DNA of 64,000 nucleotides from a virus. Below the pieces are notes generated by a model. It did not search any database. It was not told where the DNA came from and was given only the letters and a program-made list of their open reading frames with translations. Positions 18,446-28,588 of the stretch are shown one piece after another. Both the position numbers and the translations under genes were made by a program. Within the stretch, counting starts at the first letter, position 1. Every line of letters begins with the position of its first letter. The stretch lies in the IMG/VR virus record IMGVR_UViG_3300029305_002311. One strand, given 5' to 3'.

Positions 18446-20405
18446 TTATACTCCTGGAACCCATCCTTTATCTATTAAATTCTGGTAGTTAGGTAGGTTC
18501 TTACATATATTTATTTGTGCATTAGTAAATCCTACGTTTCTTAAGTTCATATTACTTGTAGAAGTAACATTTGAATTTACATACATTGCTAATATATTAT
18601 CTAAACTTTGATTACTTAGTTTAGTACAGTTACTCCACATGTGATATGTAACATTCATTTTTGGAGTATACATATAAGGAACATCAACTAAATTAACGCA
18701 TCCTCTGCAAAAGTCATAAAAGTTATTTACTTGTGTTATTGAAATAAACTCTGGCAAAGAAGTTAGATTCTTACAGTTTAAGAAAGTACCAGATAAGTTA
18801 TTAGCATTAGGTAAATAATAGCCAACTGCAGTAACTAAGTTTGTGCAACCATTAAACATACAACGTAAGCTTTTTGCATTCCTTAGATTCCATTCTGGTG
18901 CCTCTCGTAAATTAGTACAATTAGTAAAGCATCCATCTAGCCAAACTACATTGCAAGTATTCCAATTAGGCGCTGATTGTAGTTTAGTGCATCCATTAAA
19001 AGTGTACTGCATTCCAGTTACTTTACCAGTATTCCAGTTAGGTGCAGTAACTAAGTTGTTGCAGTTTATAAAAGTATTGCTTATAGAGGTAGCATTAGCT
19101 GTATTCCAGTCAGCTACATATGTTAATCTGTAACAATATTGAAAAGAGTTATTGAAGTCTGTTATGTTCTCTACAGGTAAATTAGGAACTGTTTGTAGAT
19201 TACTACAGCTAGCAAAAGTTCCATATAATCCTTTAATATTAGGAAAATACCAGTCATTAGGGTCAATAGTTGTAAGACCGGTACTTGCAAAAGCATTCAT
19301 TAGACTAGTGGCTTTTACAAAATTTCTATTAGGTATTCTAGTTAAATTACTACAATATGTAAATGAGTTTAGCATATTTAATACATTGCCACCGTCAAAC
19401 TCTGGAGCTTCTTTAAGATTATAGCATCCAGAAAAACATTGTCCGATAGTGTTAGCTTTTTTAATGTTAAAGTTATTTACCTTTTCTAACTTCTGACATC
19501 CGCATAAATATTCCTGTAGCATTTATTACATTAGAAAAATCAATACCATCTACTTCTGTTAATGATGTACAATATGCGAAAGAGTAAGGCATATTTTTTA
19601 TGTTTCTTGTATTCATGTTAGGAAGTCTTATTAGCATGTTGCATCCATAGAAAGTACTATTCATACTAGTAACAGTGCTTTTCCAATATAAATCAGGTAG
19701 TCTACGAAGTTGTTGACAATTACGAAAAGCATTATCTATATAATTGCAATTAGCTAAGTTTAGGCCTGCAATATATCTTAAATTTCTACAGTTATTAAAC
19801 ATACCACTTATACTAGAAAATTTACCAGTATTTAAATTAGGAATATATTGAATAGTTTGTTTATTTGCAAATGTAGTATATGATGGTTGAGTTATTCCAT
19901 CTGTATCTATCATATAGTCTAAAGTATCTAATCCTTGCTCACATATATGCATTATAGTTTGACCTGGGTCTTCAGTCATTGTGTTTGTTAACACATTTAT
20001 TTTTCCTGATACAACTCCATTATTTCCTAAATATACTGCATTTGTAAAACCATGCCAGCTTTCAGCTTCTATTCCAGTCACTACTGGAGTCCAAGCTGAG
20101 TTTTCATATCTAAAAGTTCCATTAAATATAGAGTTATCCAGAGAGTATACCATAGCTACGTCTCCATCATTTGGAGATTCTACAGAGTATAGTTCATCTA
20201 AAGAAGAGAACATCATTATCTCTCCTTCAGCCACACTACCTCCTCCTGTCTGTATATTCTCTATCTTAGCTATATAACTTCTAAATGGGTCATTATCATT
20301 TACAATTTGGCCTTTTTCATTAATAGCATCTCTTATGCAACTCTTAGTTTCATTTAAATAATCCAAGTTATCAACTAAATCTTGTATGTTATACTCATAA
20401 GACAT
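18446..20405 (-). CDS. receptor-binding-type tail protein (paralog P6); two ORFs joined by a +1 shift at CGG 19502-19500
   Basis: The upstream ORF (true start MSYEYNIQDL at 20405, AAGGAG RBS) has the A-type adaptor. The downstream ORF (18446..19522) lacks an SD and carries the repeats plus a variant C-terminal module (LDNILAMYVNS...NLIDKGWVPGV). Skipping C19502 gives ...NATGIFM-GCQKLEKVNNFN.... Confidence 0.55.
19500..19502 (-). other. candidate +1 recoding site (AUG CGG A)
   Basis: In-frame CGG. The zero frame stops 9 codons later, and the +1 frame (GGA TGT CAG...) continues for ~350 codons. Confidence 0.45.
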
Positions 20406-20422
20406 TCTTATTCTCCTTCCTA

Positions 20423-22309
20423 TTAGTAGCTCCAACCCGCTGCATCTAATTCTTCTAATCTATTTTCAAATCTATAAAAACTTATGTTTGTGTTGTTAAA
20501 TGGACTAAATGAATTCATATTGCTTAAATTTTTAGCTGTTCCTGCTACTATGCTGTTAAGTGCCATATTTACTATATTCTGTATAGCTGCATCAGATAAG
20601 TTATTGCATCCCATAAACATTTTATCTAGTCTATTTGTATTAGAAGTATTAAATTGTTGTACATCAGTTAACTTAAAACAATTTAAAAACATATATGACA
20701 TATTATCAGCATTAGCTGTGTTTATTTCAGATATAGACGTTAAATTAGGACAAGTGTGGAACATACTTTGAACATTTGTAAGTTTATTTGCATTAATTAA
20801 GTTTATATTTGATAAATTATTACAATATTGAAATATTCTATAAGCATTTTCTACTGAAGAAAAATCAAGCGGCTCTAGAGTATGAAGATTTCTAAATCCA
20901 ACAAATAAATTAGCTACATTTACTATATTTCCTGTGTTAGTTATCTTTAAATAATTAGCATCATTCTTATAAGAAGTTATGAAGCTTAGAATTTCTTTAA
21001 GTGAAGTTGCTTCAATAACATCTTCTTCAGCTAAATCAAAATTAGTTAATGTTGAATTTGAGATAGTGTTAACTGCAATTGAATATGTTGGTAAGTTATA
21101 ATCAATAACTATAGGTACATTCCATCCATTAATAACTGCTTTAGAAGCTGCCATCGAAGGTATATTAGATATTTGAGATTCAGTCAATCCATAATAATTT
21201 AAAGTGTTTATTCCAAGGCTTGCAGCAGTTGTCTCTTCATAGCATGGTAAAAAATCAACTATGTTAGATAATGACTCTCTAGTAAGACTCGGACAGTTTA
21301 AAAACATCTCTTCGTGTCTGTAAATTTGAGTTCTATTTAGAGTAGCAGCTCTTATTGTGCCTACATGCTCTAAATTTATACAATTATGAAACATTCTGTA
21401 AAAACTTCTAGCTGCAAATGAAGATACTATACCTCCATTTGCATAAGCGCTCCCTCCAATACCACCCGTATATGATTTTAAATTGGTACAATTTTCAAAC
21501 ATGTGCTCTGCATTTCTTATAAGAGCCATGCTATAAGTATAGCCTGTGAGATTACTACAATTATAAAATGCATAGTCCGCATTATATACACTAGTTAAAT
21601 TTACAGCTACAGTCATATTGCTACAATTGTAGCAAATATAGTCTGCTTCTCTTATAGTATTTAAGTTAGTGGTGTGTGGGTATAATAAATTTACAGCATT
21701 ATAAAACATATGTGATGCATTAGTTATTTTCTTATTATTAAAAGTCATCAATCCTGGTACAAATTCTCTTCTATAATTAGCAAATAAGTTTGCAACAGTA
21801 GTTAAGTTAAGCACATTCAACTTAGAAAAGTATGCATTATGAACATTATTTATATCATTTACATATGTATTTACAGACCCAGTATATAATATCTGTGTGT
21901 TAGCAGTTCCAGTAGATATACCATTAGGCCCATAGTATTCTATACCTGAAAGTATTAAAGAATCAGTAGCATCAAATTGAGTAGGCGCTGGTTCCCATTT
22001 ACTCTCATTATATCTATAAACTCCATAAAAAGCTGGAGTTTCCATATCAAAGACTAAAGCTATATCATCCACTTTTGGAGTAGTGAAATTATTCATTTCT
22101 TCTATCGAATTAAAGTGTTTAGCGGAAGCATTAGCATAGCCACCGCCTCCACCAGATTGTATATTTGATATTTTAATTGCGTAGCTTCTAAAAGTATCAT
22201 TATCTGATATTTCCTGTCCCTTGTTTTCTATAGCTTGTCTCATTAAGTTCTTAGTTTCATTTAGATAATCTAAATTATCAAATAAATTTTGAGGTGTATT
22301 AGTAGACAT
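20423..22309 (-). CDS. receptor-binding-type tail protein, DUF285/BspA-like repeats (paralog P5)
   Basis: 628 aa. A-type adaptor (TPQNLFDNLDYLNETKNLMRQAIENKGQEISDNDTFRSYAIKISNI), degenerate repeats and the conserved C-terminal module (IQNIVNMALNS...ENRLEELDAAGWSY). Confidence 0.7.
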   Translation of the reverse strand: MSTNTPQNLFDNLDYLNETKNLMRQAIENKGQEISDNDTFRSYAIKISNIQSGGGGGYANASAKHFNSIEEMNNFTTPKVDDIALVFDMETPAFYGVYRYNESKWEPAPTQFDATDSLILSGIEYYGPNGISTGTANTQILYTGSVNTYVNDINNVHNAYFSKLNVLNLTTVANLFANYRREFVPGLMTFNNKKITNASHMFYNAVNLLYPHTTNLNTIREADYICYNCSNMTVAVNLTSVYNADYAFYNCSNLTGYTYSMALIRNAEHMFENCTNLKSYTGGIGGSAYANGGIVSSFAARSFYRMFHNCINLEHVGTIRAATLNRTQIYRHEEMFLNCPSLTRESLSNIVDFLPCYEETTAASLGINTLNYYGLTESQISNIPSMAASKAVINGWNVPIVIDYNLPTYSIAVNTISNSTLTNFDLAEEDVIEATSLKEILSFITSYKNDANYLKITNTGNIVNVANLFVGFRNLHTLEPLDFSSVENAYRIFQYCNNLSNINLINANKLTNVQSMFHTCPNLTSISEINTANADNMSYMFLNCFKLTDVQQFNTSNTNRLDKMFMGCNNLSDAAIQNIVNMALNSIVAGTAKNLSNMNSFSPFNNTNISFYRFENRLEELDAAGWSY

Positions 22310-22322
22310 TTAGTCCTCCTCT

Positions 22323-23363
22323 CTATAGTTGCTCAGCTATTGTCTGTACACTCCTCTCTATATCTTCATAAGTCTTCTCATTTACTGGTTTACTAAACAT
22401 TAATTCTATAAATTGCTCCAAAGTTTGTTTGAATATTATTCCTTGCAAATGAGCTCCTTTTGAATTGTAAGAATTAGTGTACATGTTCTTGTAATCATCC
22501 TTAGAAATAAATTCTTGTATTTGTTTATAATAATCATAGTAGAACTTTCTAGAAAGCTCCTCAATGGCTTCTAGTGTTTCTGGAGGTACTTCTTTTGCTA
22601 AGGCTACATTGTAATATATAAAACAGCTAAATGCTGTTTCTAATGCAGCAGGCGCAATATTTTTAAGAGGAACTCCCTCTCTTTGAGCTACATTATATGC
22701 ATGATGTAGATTATAAATATAACCAGGAGTACAGATTCCGAATTCATATTCATCTTTCCCTCTTCTAGTTATAGATGCTTCATTATAATGCCATTCGTAT
22801 GTAGCTGCATGTAGTACTTTTCCTCCATCTGGTCCCATTTCATTTTGTGCAATTAGATTACACATGTTATTGAATCCAACATCTTCATTACTTCTTGTTG
22901 GAGTAAATCTAATATTGTGTTCATCTAAAAAGCTTCTTCTATAAATATGTCCAAACACCCAAACTAGATTTGCTTGCATAGGAGCTTGCTCACAATTCTT
23001 TCCAATTTGAATAAATGGACTAATTATAAATTTAGCTGAAGTATCTTTCATAGGTTTAGATAATAGTGTTAGAGAACAAGCCTCATAAAAGGTATCATCT
23101 GCATCTATAAAAGTTATAAAGTCCTCTTTAGTGTTGTCTATTCCGTATTGTCTAGCATACCCAGGACCTCTGTTAGTTTCATACCCTACTTCTTTAATAT
23201 CTAGAAAAGGTAGAAACTGGTTAACTATTTCTTTATAGTCTTTTCCTCCATCATTTACTATAGTTACCTTTAGTTCTTTTCTGTTTAACTGCATTGCTAT
23301 GCTGCTTAATGTTCTAATAATAGTGTCATGTGAATTATAAGCTGGAATTATTACATCAATCAT
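22323..23363 (-). CDS. family 2 glycosyltransferase
   Basis: IDVIIPAYNSHDTIIRTLSSIAMQ...VTIVNDGG...NRGPGYARQYGI...FITFIDADD is the classic GT2 (GT-A, DxD) N-terminal signature. ATG at 23363 with AGGAGAG upstream (the track uses a TTG at 23372). Confidence 0.85.
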   Translation of the reverse strand: MIDVIIPAYNSHDTIIRTLSSIAMQLNRKELKVTIVNDGGKDYKEIVNQFLPFLDIKEVGYETNRGPGYARQYGIDNTKEDFITFIDADDTFYEACSLTLLSKPMKDTSAKFIISPFIQIGKNCEQAPMQANLVWVFGHIYRRSFLDEHNIRFTPTRSNEDVGFNNMCNLIAQNEMGPDGGKVLHAATYEWHYNEASITRRGKDEYEFGICTPGYIYNLHHAYNVAQREGVPLKNIAPAALETAFSCFIYYNVALAKEVPPETLEAIEELSRKFYYDYYKQIQEFISKDDYKNMYTNSYNSKGAHLQGIIFKQTLEQFIELMFSKPVNEKTYEDIERSVQTIAEQL

Positions 23364-23411
23364 TACTATCAACTCTCCTTTTAAAATATTCTCCTATTAA
23401 AATATATAAAA

Positions 23412-23439
23412 AGAGAGCAAACTGACTTGTCTGCTCTCT
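23412..23439 (-). terminator. rho-independent terminator followed by a conserved TATATA element
   Basis: AGAGAGCA / TGCTCTCT 8-bp stem with a 12-nt loop. On the minus strand it is followed by TTTTTATATATTTTAATAGGAGAATA. Confidence 0.6.
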
Positions 23440-23457
23440 TAATTTACTTTACTCTAT

Positions 23458-25525
23458 TTAATATACCCAACCAGCTTCAGTAAGTTCAGTCAATCTATTA
23501 GAGTAGTAAGTTGATTTAAACTTAGTTCCATATAGAGGACTATATGCATTTGCGTTACTTAAATTCATCCTTGTTGTAGATGTTATATTGCTATTTAATA
23601 TCATGTTAACTATATTTTGAATTGACGCATTTGTTAAAGAATTACACTTATAGAACATGTTTTGCATATTAATGCAGCTACTAGCATTAAAATCAGGTAC
23701 ATTCTTTAAAGCTGTGCAATTAAAGAACATTTGTGACATATTGTTTACTAAGTGTAAATTGTAAGCTGGTACATCAGTTATTTTATTGCATTGGTAAAAC
23801 ATTCTATTAGCAGTTTTTACATTCTCTAAGTTGAAATAAGGTACAGATGTTAAATTAAAACAGTTGCCGAAAGTACCTACTGTGTTAGATATATTTAATG
23901 ATAAATCGAACTCTGGCACTGTAGTTATCTTAGTACCATAAAAAGCCTCTGCTATATTCGTACAGTTAGATAGATTGTAGTTAGGTACAGATGTTATATT
24001 TAAGTTCTGGAATGTTTTAGAAATACTAGTACAATTAGTTAGGTCAAACTCTGGTACTGTAGTTATATTCACACAGTTTTGCATTAACCCTTCTACGCTT
24101 ACTGCAGAAGAAGTATTAAAGTTAGGTATTGAAGTTAACGAAGTACAGTTGCAACATAAGTATGCCATGTTATGAGCATTAGCAGTATTAAAATTAGGCA
24201 TAGATGTCATTTTACAATTATATAACATATATACGAAGTGACCTACATTGCTAGTATCGAAATTAGGTATTGAGGTTAGTTTACCGCAATTATAGAGCAT
24301 TTGAGCTACGTTGTCTGCTTTAGAAGTATTAAAGTTTGGAACTGAAGTAATGTTACCACAGTTGTAGAGTAGACTAGCCATATTTACGCAATTGACAGTG
24401 TTAAAATTAGGTATCGAAGTTAGCTTAGTACAATGGCTAAATGCACTGCACATACTCTCTACATTAGGAGTATTAAAATATGGCACTGAAGTTAGATTTC
24501 TACAATTATAAAGCATATAAGACATATTAGTTACTTTCTCCATACTATAATTAGGAACTGAAGTAATATTACCACAGTTGTAGTACATATAGTATGTATT
24601 CTCTAAATTAGAAGAATCAAAGTCTATACCTGAAGTTAGAGTAGTACAGTTTTGATAAGTCTTAGCGGTGCTCACACACCCATTTATATCTACAGTTGGA
24701 ACTGTAGTAAAGTCTTTCACATTATAAAATAAATTATAAGCATTCATTACTTGTAAATTCTTATATGAATTATATAAATTAAATCTTAACTTTGCTTGTT
24801 CTGCATTAAGATTTGTAGTTTGAGCTAAAGTTCCTTTTTCTACTCCATTAACTCCTAAGAAAGTAGTATTTAGCACATCATCTGCTTTTGTATCAAATTG
24901 TGTTTCTGGTATTACCCATTCTCCATTTGTATATCTATAAAGTCCTAAAAAATGGTCTACATAAACTTTAGCAAAATTAAATACAGGGCTATCTTCATAA
25001 CTAGCAGAAGTACTAAATTCTCCACCTAAGTCAATAGTAACACCTTCTTCATGACTAGTTAGAGTGTATGTAATACCATCTGTTGAAGAGTATACTACTA
25101 TCTGTTCTGTTGAAGTATAATTTCCATCCTCATCTCTTAGTCTTTTGTAAAGTCTAAAGTATGTAGGGTATAGCATCATAGAATAGTATACTTCTGTTGT
25201 AGGAAGTAATGCTACAGAATAGTTAGTATCTATAGCCTTATCTAGTGTCACTTGGTAAGGGAAAGTGATTGTAGTAGTTTTTTGTCCGCGCTTTTAAATT
25301 AGTTAGGTCATTCTTAAATACTATAGCTGAGTCTCCTTCCTCATTTCCAGTAGAATCTTGCATCTGTTGGACTGAAGAAAACATTCTAAAATCTTCTGTA
25401 AATTCACCACCTTTTAATAGACCTTCTATGCTAAAGGCAGTAACTCCATCTTTTAAATTTTCTGGTGTTATTTTAGTTACTCTTTCTTGTAGTATTTGAT
25501 TTGCTTTTTCTAAAAGTGTTGCCAT
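23458..25525 (-). CDS. receptor-binding-type tail protein (paralog P4); two ORFs joined by a +1 shift at CGG 25288-25286
   Basis: The 95-aa upstream ORF has the B-type adaptor (MATLLEKANQILQERVTKITPENLKDGVTAFSIEG). The 597-aa downstream ORF has a GTG start, no SD, the repeats and the C-terminal module (IQNIVNMILNS...SNRLTELTEAGWVY). Skipping C25288 gives VFKNDLTNLKA-GQKTTTITFPYQV, which is colinear (same length) with VYKDATGNATVNSRFSKAIFPNTV of paralog P3. Confidence 0.55.
25286..25288 (-). other. candidate +1 recoding site (GCG CGG A)
   Basis: In-frame CGG. The zero frame stops 16 codons later, and the +1 frame (GGA CAA AAA...) continues for ~610 codons. Confidence 0.45.
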
Positions 25526-25998
25526 TAGTTATTTACCTCCTTCTCCTTAAATTCTTTCTCTATTTGAGCAAGTCTTTTCTTTATCATGCTGGACATCATA
25601 CTGTTATCATTTAACTTAGGAGAATATTCAATCTTTATATCATTTTCTTTAACTTTTAAAAATTTGTCTATACATTTATTTAAGTCTATAACAATCTCTT
25701 TCTCTGATTCATTATAGTCTTTATCATCTGGATTTTTATGATATATCTGTAAATTTGGTATTTTTGATATTATTTCAGTATTTATTGTAAGTCTAGTCAT
25801 ATTATTATTTGTATTAAAATTCATATAATCTGGTATTATGGTACAACAAATTAACCCGTGCTCATTCGCTCTTAACTCATTTGATAACTCTATGTTTTTA
25901 CATTTATCAGCTATAGTAAAATGATATATCAACTTCGGTATCTCTTTTACAGAGTCATCTTCTTTTAGGTACTTCATAAGTAAATCATTAAATTTCAT
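25525..25998 (-). CDS. hypothetical protein (Asn/Lys-rich) inserted between RBP paralogs
   Basis: 157-aa ORF. No adaptor, no repeats, no recognisable motif. Confidence 0.55.
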   Translation of the reverse strand: MKFNDLLMKYLKEDDSVKEIPKLIYHFTIADKCKNIELSNELRANEHGLICCTIIPDYMNFNTNNNMTRLTINTEIISKIPNLQIYHKNPDDKDYNESEKEIVIDLNKCIDKFLKVKENDIKIEYSPKLNDNSMMSSMIKKRLAQIEKEFKEKEVNN

Positions 25999-26009
25999 TT
26001 CTTACCTCC

Positions 26010-28193
26010 TTAATATGACCAACCTGCCGCTGATAGTTCTGATAGTCTATTAGAATAATAGCTGCTGTTGAATTTAGTATTTGATAATGGACTATAATAA
26101 TTACCTACATTTAAATTAGTATAAGAAACTCCAGTAATACCACTATTTAAACACATGTTAATTATATTTTGTATAGATGCGTTAGTTAAATTATTGCATC
26201 TGCCTGCTATGCATGAAAGCCCATTATTTCCTATTAAAGATACATCTAACTGAGGTATATCTGTTAAATTTTCACATCCACTGCACATAAAGCTATAATC
26301 ATTAGATTTTAAATTAGGAACAGTTGTTAAATTAGTGCACATTTGGAAAGCTTGTTTTAAGCTTGGATTTGATGCAACGTTAAATTTAGGAACGGTTGTT
26401 AAATTAGTACAACCATAGAAAGCTCTACACATATTCGTGACTTTTGAGAAGTTATAGTTAGGTATTGAAGTTATATTAGTACAATCTTCAAATATACAAT
26501 GTGCAAAAGTTAAATTATTAAAGTTAAATTCTGGTAAAGATGTTACACTTGAACATTTTCTAAAAGCTCCAGCTGCATTAATAACTTGTTTAGTATCTAA
26601 ATTAGGAATAGATGTTAATTGAGTGCAATTATAGAACATATTTGTTATATCTACAGCTTTACTAGTGTTTAAGTTGCTTATTGCGTAAAGATTAGCTTGG
26701 TCTCTAAATAAAGAAGAAAAATTAGTTAAGCTACTTGTATTTACTAGTGAAGTTCCATCAAGTCTCACTGGAGCTATTCTCATGTTTGATGGCAATGTTT
26801 TATTATCATCAGTTAAAACTATATCTTCTAAATTAGAGTATGCAACCATAGATTTAGCAGTAACTTCTGCACTAAAGTCATTCATTTCAGTAGATACTTC
26901 TACTCCAAGAGTTCCTTCTTCTACTCCGTTTTTCCCATAAAATATTCCACCATAAACTATATCACTAGTTGCATTAAATTGTGTAGGTGCGAGTGTATAT
27001 AAGTACTCTTTTTTATAACATTCATTCACATTATATGGAGCTGCAGTTTCATTTTCATCTCCCTCAGCACCATTCCAAGTAGAGTAATAAGCATCTATAG
27101 TCATGGCAAGATGTCCTGCATCAGAAGTACTTGGGTAAAATCTAGGTGGGTATGATATTGGTAAAATATCTATAAGGTAATAAGTTCTAAAGTATGTTTT
27201 ATGTGATTTGCTAGAGTCTAGTGATAGAACTTCTTCTGTATAAGTCATATTGTCTAAATCTAAAGTAACCATTGATGGTGTTGTAGTTTTATAAATACAA
27301 AGACCTATAATATTTCCATTCATATCACCTGCTAAGCTAGCATTATTAAAGTTATTATTTCTATCTGGGTTTACTATAAAGAATACTTTACCTTCTGTAT
27401 TTAAATAAAGTCCTATATTATTTATACTATAAACACCATAGCCTTTGTCTATTTGATATTGATTAATTAAAGTATTTATTTTATTTAAATCATAGTGACC
27501 GGGTATGAAAGTTCCATCCCAGTTCCAGCTAGAAATAGCATCATTTTCAATATTAAATGTCATATTACGTAAGTCAGCAAATCTTATAAATTCTTTATTT
27601 AATATTTCTATTCTTTCATACAATCCTTCAAACTCTTTGGTTCCAGTTTTAATAAAGTAGCCGATAGCATCATTCCAGTATTCTGCATAATAGTAGTAAA
27701 TTTCAACACCAAAGTCTACTTCCTCTTCTCCTCCGTCTGTTCTTGAGTAATTGATACCATCTGAACTTTCATACTGAATCCTTATGTTACTAGAGTCTGT
27801 GTAACACTCCATCATAAATCTATTTGAGTCTAACTGACCCCAACATTCAAACATAATAGAAGAATCAACTGCTCTATACATTATCTCAATATAATCAGAT
27901 ACTGCAGTTGATAACTTTACAGTATTTGGGAAAATAGCTTTGCTAAATCTACTATTTACAGTAGCATTACCAGTTGCATCTTTGTATACTAAAGCTAAGT
28001 CTCCTACTTCAGCAGTAGTATCAGCATTCATTTCTTCTACTGTAGAGAATAATTTAACTCCCTCTGTTGCTGCTCCTGCTTCTAAAGCTCCCTCTATGTC
28101 AAATATCTTTATTCCCTTTTTAATGTTCTCTGGTATTATCTTCTCATTCTTTTCTTGTAGTATTTCATTCGATACTTCTAATATAGTTGACAT
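26010..28193 (-). CDS. receptor-binding-type tail protein, B-type adaptor + DUF285/BspA-like repeats (paralog P3)
   Basis: True start MSTILEVSNEILQEKNEKIIPENIKKGIKIFDIEG at 28193 (GGAGAGGAGGG RBS). Central ~400-aa unique domain, repeats and C-terminal module IQNIINMCLNS...SNRLSELSAAGWSY. Confidence 0.7.
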   Translation of the reverse strand: MSTILEVSNEILQEKNEKIIPENIKKGIKIFDIEGALEAGAATEGVKLFSTVEEMNADTTAEVGDLALVYKDATGNATVNSRFSKAIFPNTVKLSTAVSDYIEIMYRAVDSSIMFECWGQLDSNRFMMECYTDSSNIRIQYESSDGINYSRTDGGEEEVDFGVEIYYYYAEYWNDAIGYFIKTGTKEFEGLYERIEILNKEFIRFADLRNMTFNIENDAISSWNWDGTFIPGHYDLNKINTLINQYQIDKGYGVYSINNIGLYLNTEGKVFFIVNPDRNNNFNNASLAGDMNGNIIGLCIYKTTTPSMVTLDLDNMTYTEEVLSLDSSKSHKTYFRTYYLIDILPISYPPRFYPSTSDAGHLAMTIDAYYSTWNGAEGDENETAAPYNVNECYKKEYLYTLAPTQFNATSDIVYGGIFYGKNGVEEGTLGVEVSTEMNDFSAEVTAKSMVAYSNLEDIVLTDDNKTLPSNMRIAPVRLDGTSLVNTSSLTNFSSLFRDQANLYAISNLNTSKAVDITNMFYNCTQLTSIPNLDTKQVINAAGAFRKCSSVTSLPEFNFNNLTFAHCIFEDCTNITSIPNYNFSKVTNMCRAFYGCTNLTTVPKFNVASNPSLKQAFQMCTNLTTVPNLKSNDYSFMCSGCENLTDIPQLDVSLIGNNGLSCIAGRCNNLTNASIQNIINMCLNSGITGVSYTNLNVGNYYSPLSNTKFNSSYYSNRLSELSAAGWSY

Positions 28194-28194
28194 T

Positions 28195-28578
28195 CTATCC
28201 CTCCTCTCCATTCATTATATTATCTAAAATTGCTTCTACTTCTTCTTCAGTTCCACCAAGTCCTTCATACTCTTCGTTAGTTCTAAGAACTTGATTTAGA
28301 GCATTCATTGAAAGAACTCCCTCAGATGGAACTCCATATTCTATCCAAGCTCCATTAATAAATCTAAAAAGACCTTCAAATGAAGTGTTATATACTATTG
28401 CAAATGTTCTGTCTGGTAAATCTAAAGAAGCTTCCATCTCTTCTTTTGTATTAAATATTGTAGGAGCAGACCCAATTATATCAAATAATTGGATTCCTGC
28501 TTTAAAGTTTTCTGGTATTATCTTTTCATTCTTTTCTCGTAATATTCTATTAAGCTTTGTTTCTAATCCTGTAGCCAT
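28195..28578 (-). CDS. short B-type adaptor protein (paralog P2)
   Basis: 127 aa. MATGLETKLNRILREKNEKIIPENFKAGIQLFDIIGS is followed by a short globular part and no repeats. Confidence 0.55.
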   Translation of the reverse strand: MATGLETKLNRILREKNEKIIPENFKAGIQLFDIIGSAPTIFNTKEEMEASLDLPDRTFAIVYNTSFEGLFRFINGAWIEYGVPSEGVLSMNALNQVLRTNEEYEGLGGTEEEVEAILDNIMNGEEG

Positions 28579-28588
28579 ATCATACCTC

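Noticed and set aside
25278-25283. A6/T6 homopolymer as the cause of the 25238..25525 / 23458..25251 split (phase variation or sequencing error)
   Set aside because: Cannot be excluded, but six residues is short for phase variation. The adjacent GCGGA/CGG context is shared with three other independent splits that have no homopolymer, so the CGG explanation is more economical. Kept as an alternative in the finding.
12683-27000. Regular ~72-nt periodic repeats that might suggest a CRISPR array or satellite
   Set aside because: The periodicity is in-frame (24 codons) within long ORFs and corresponds to protein repeats (NFNTSNVTNMxxMFxGCxNLTSVP). The units are divergent, with no repeat-spacer structure.
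16001-28211. Long N-terminal extensions given by the ORF track (e.g. MVCSIFIYLNRRIDTREEDK before MSNTNTPQDL at 18418-18359; MELLIGRRIR at 20435-20406; MERRDR at 28211-28194)
   Set aside because: The extensions run through terminator or promoter sequence or the upstream gene and have no SD. The internal ATGs have strong GGAGG sites and align with paralog N-termini.
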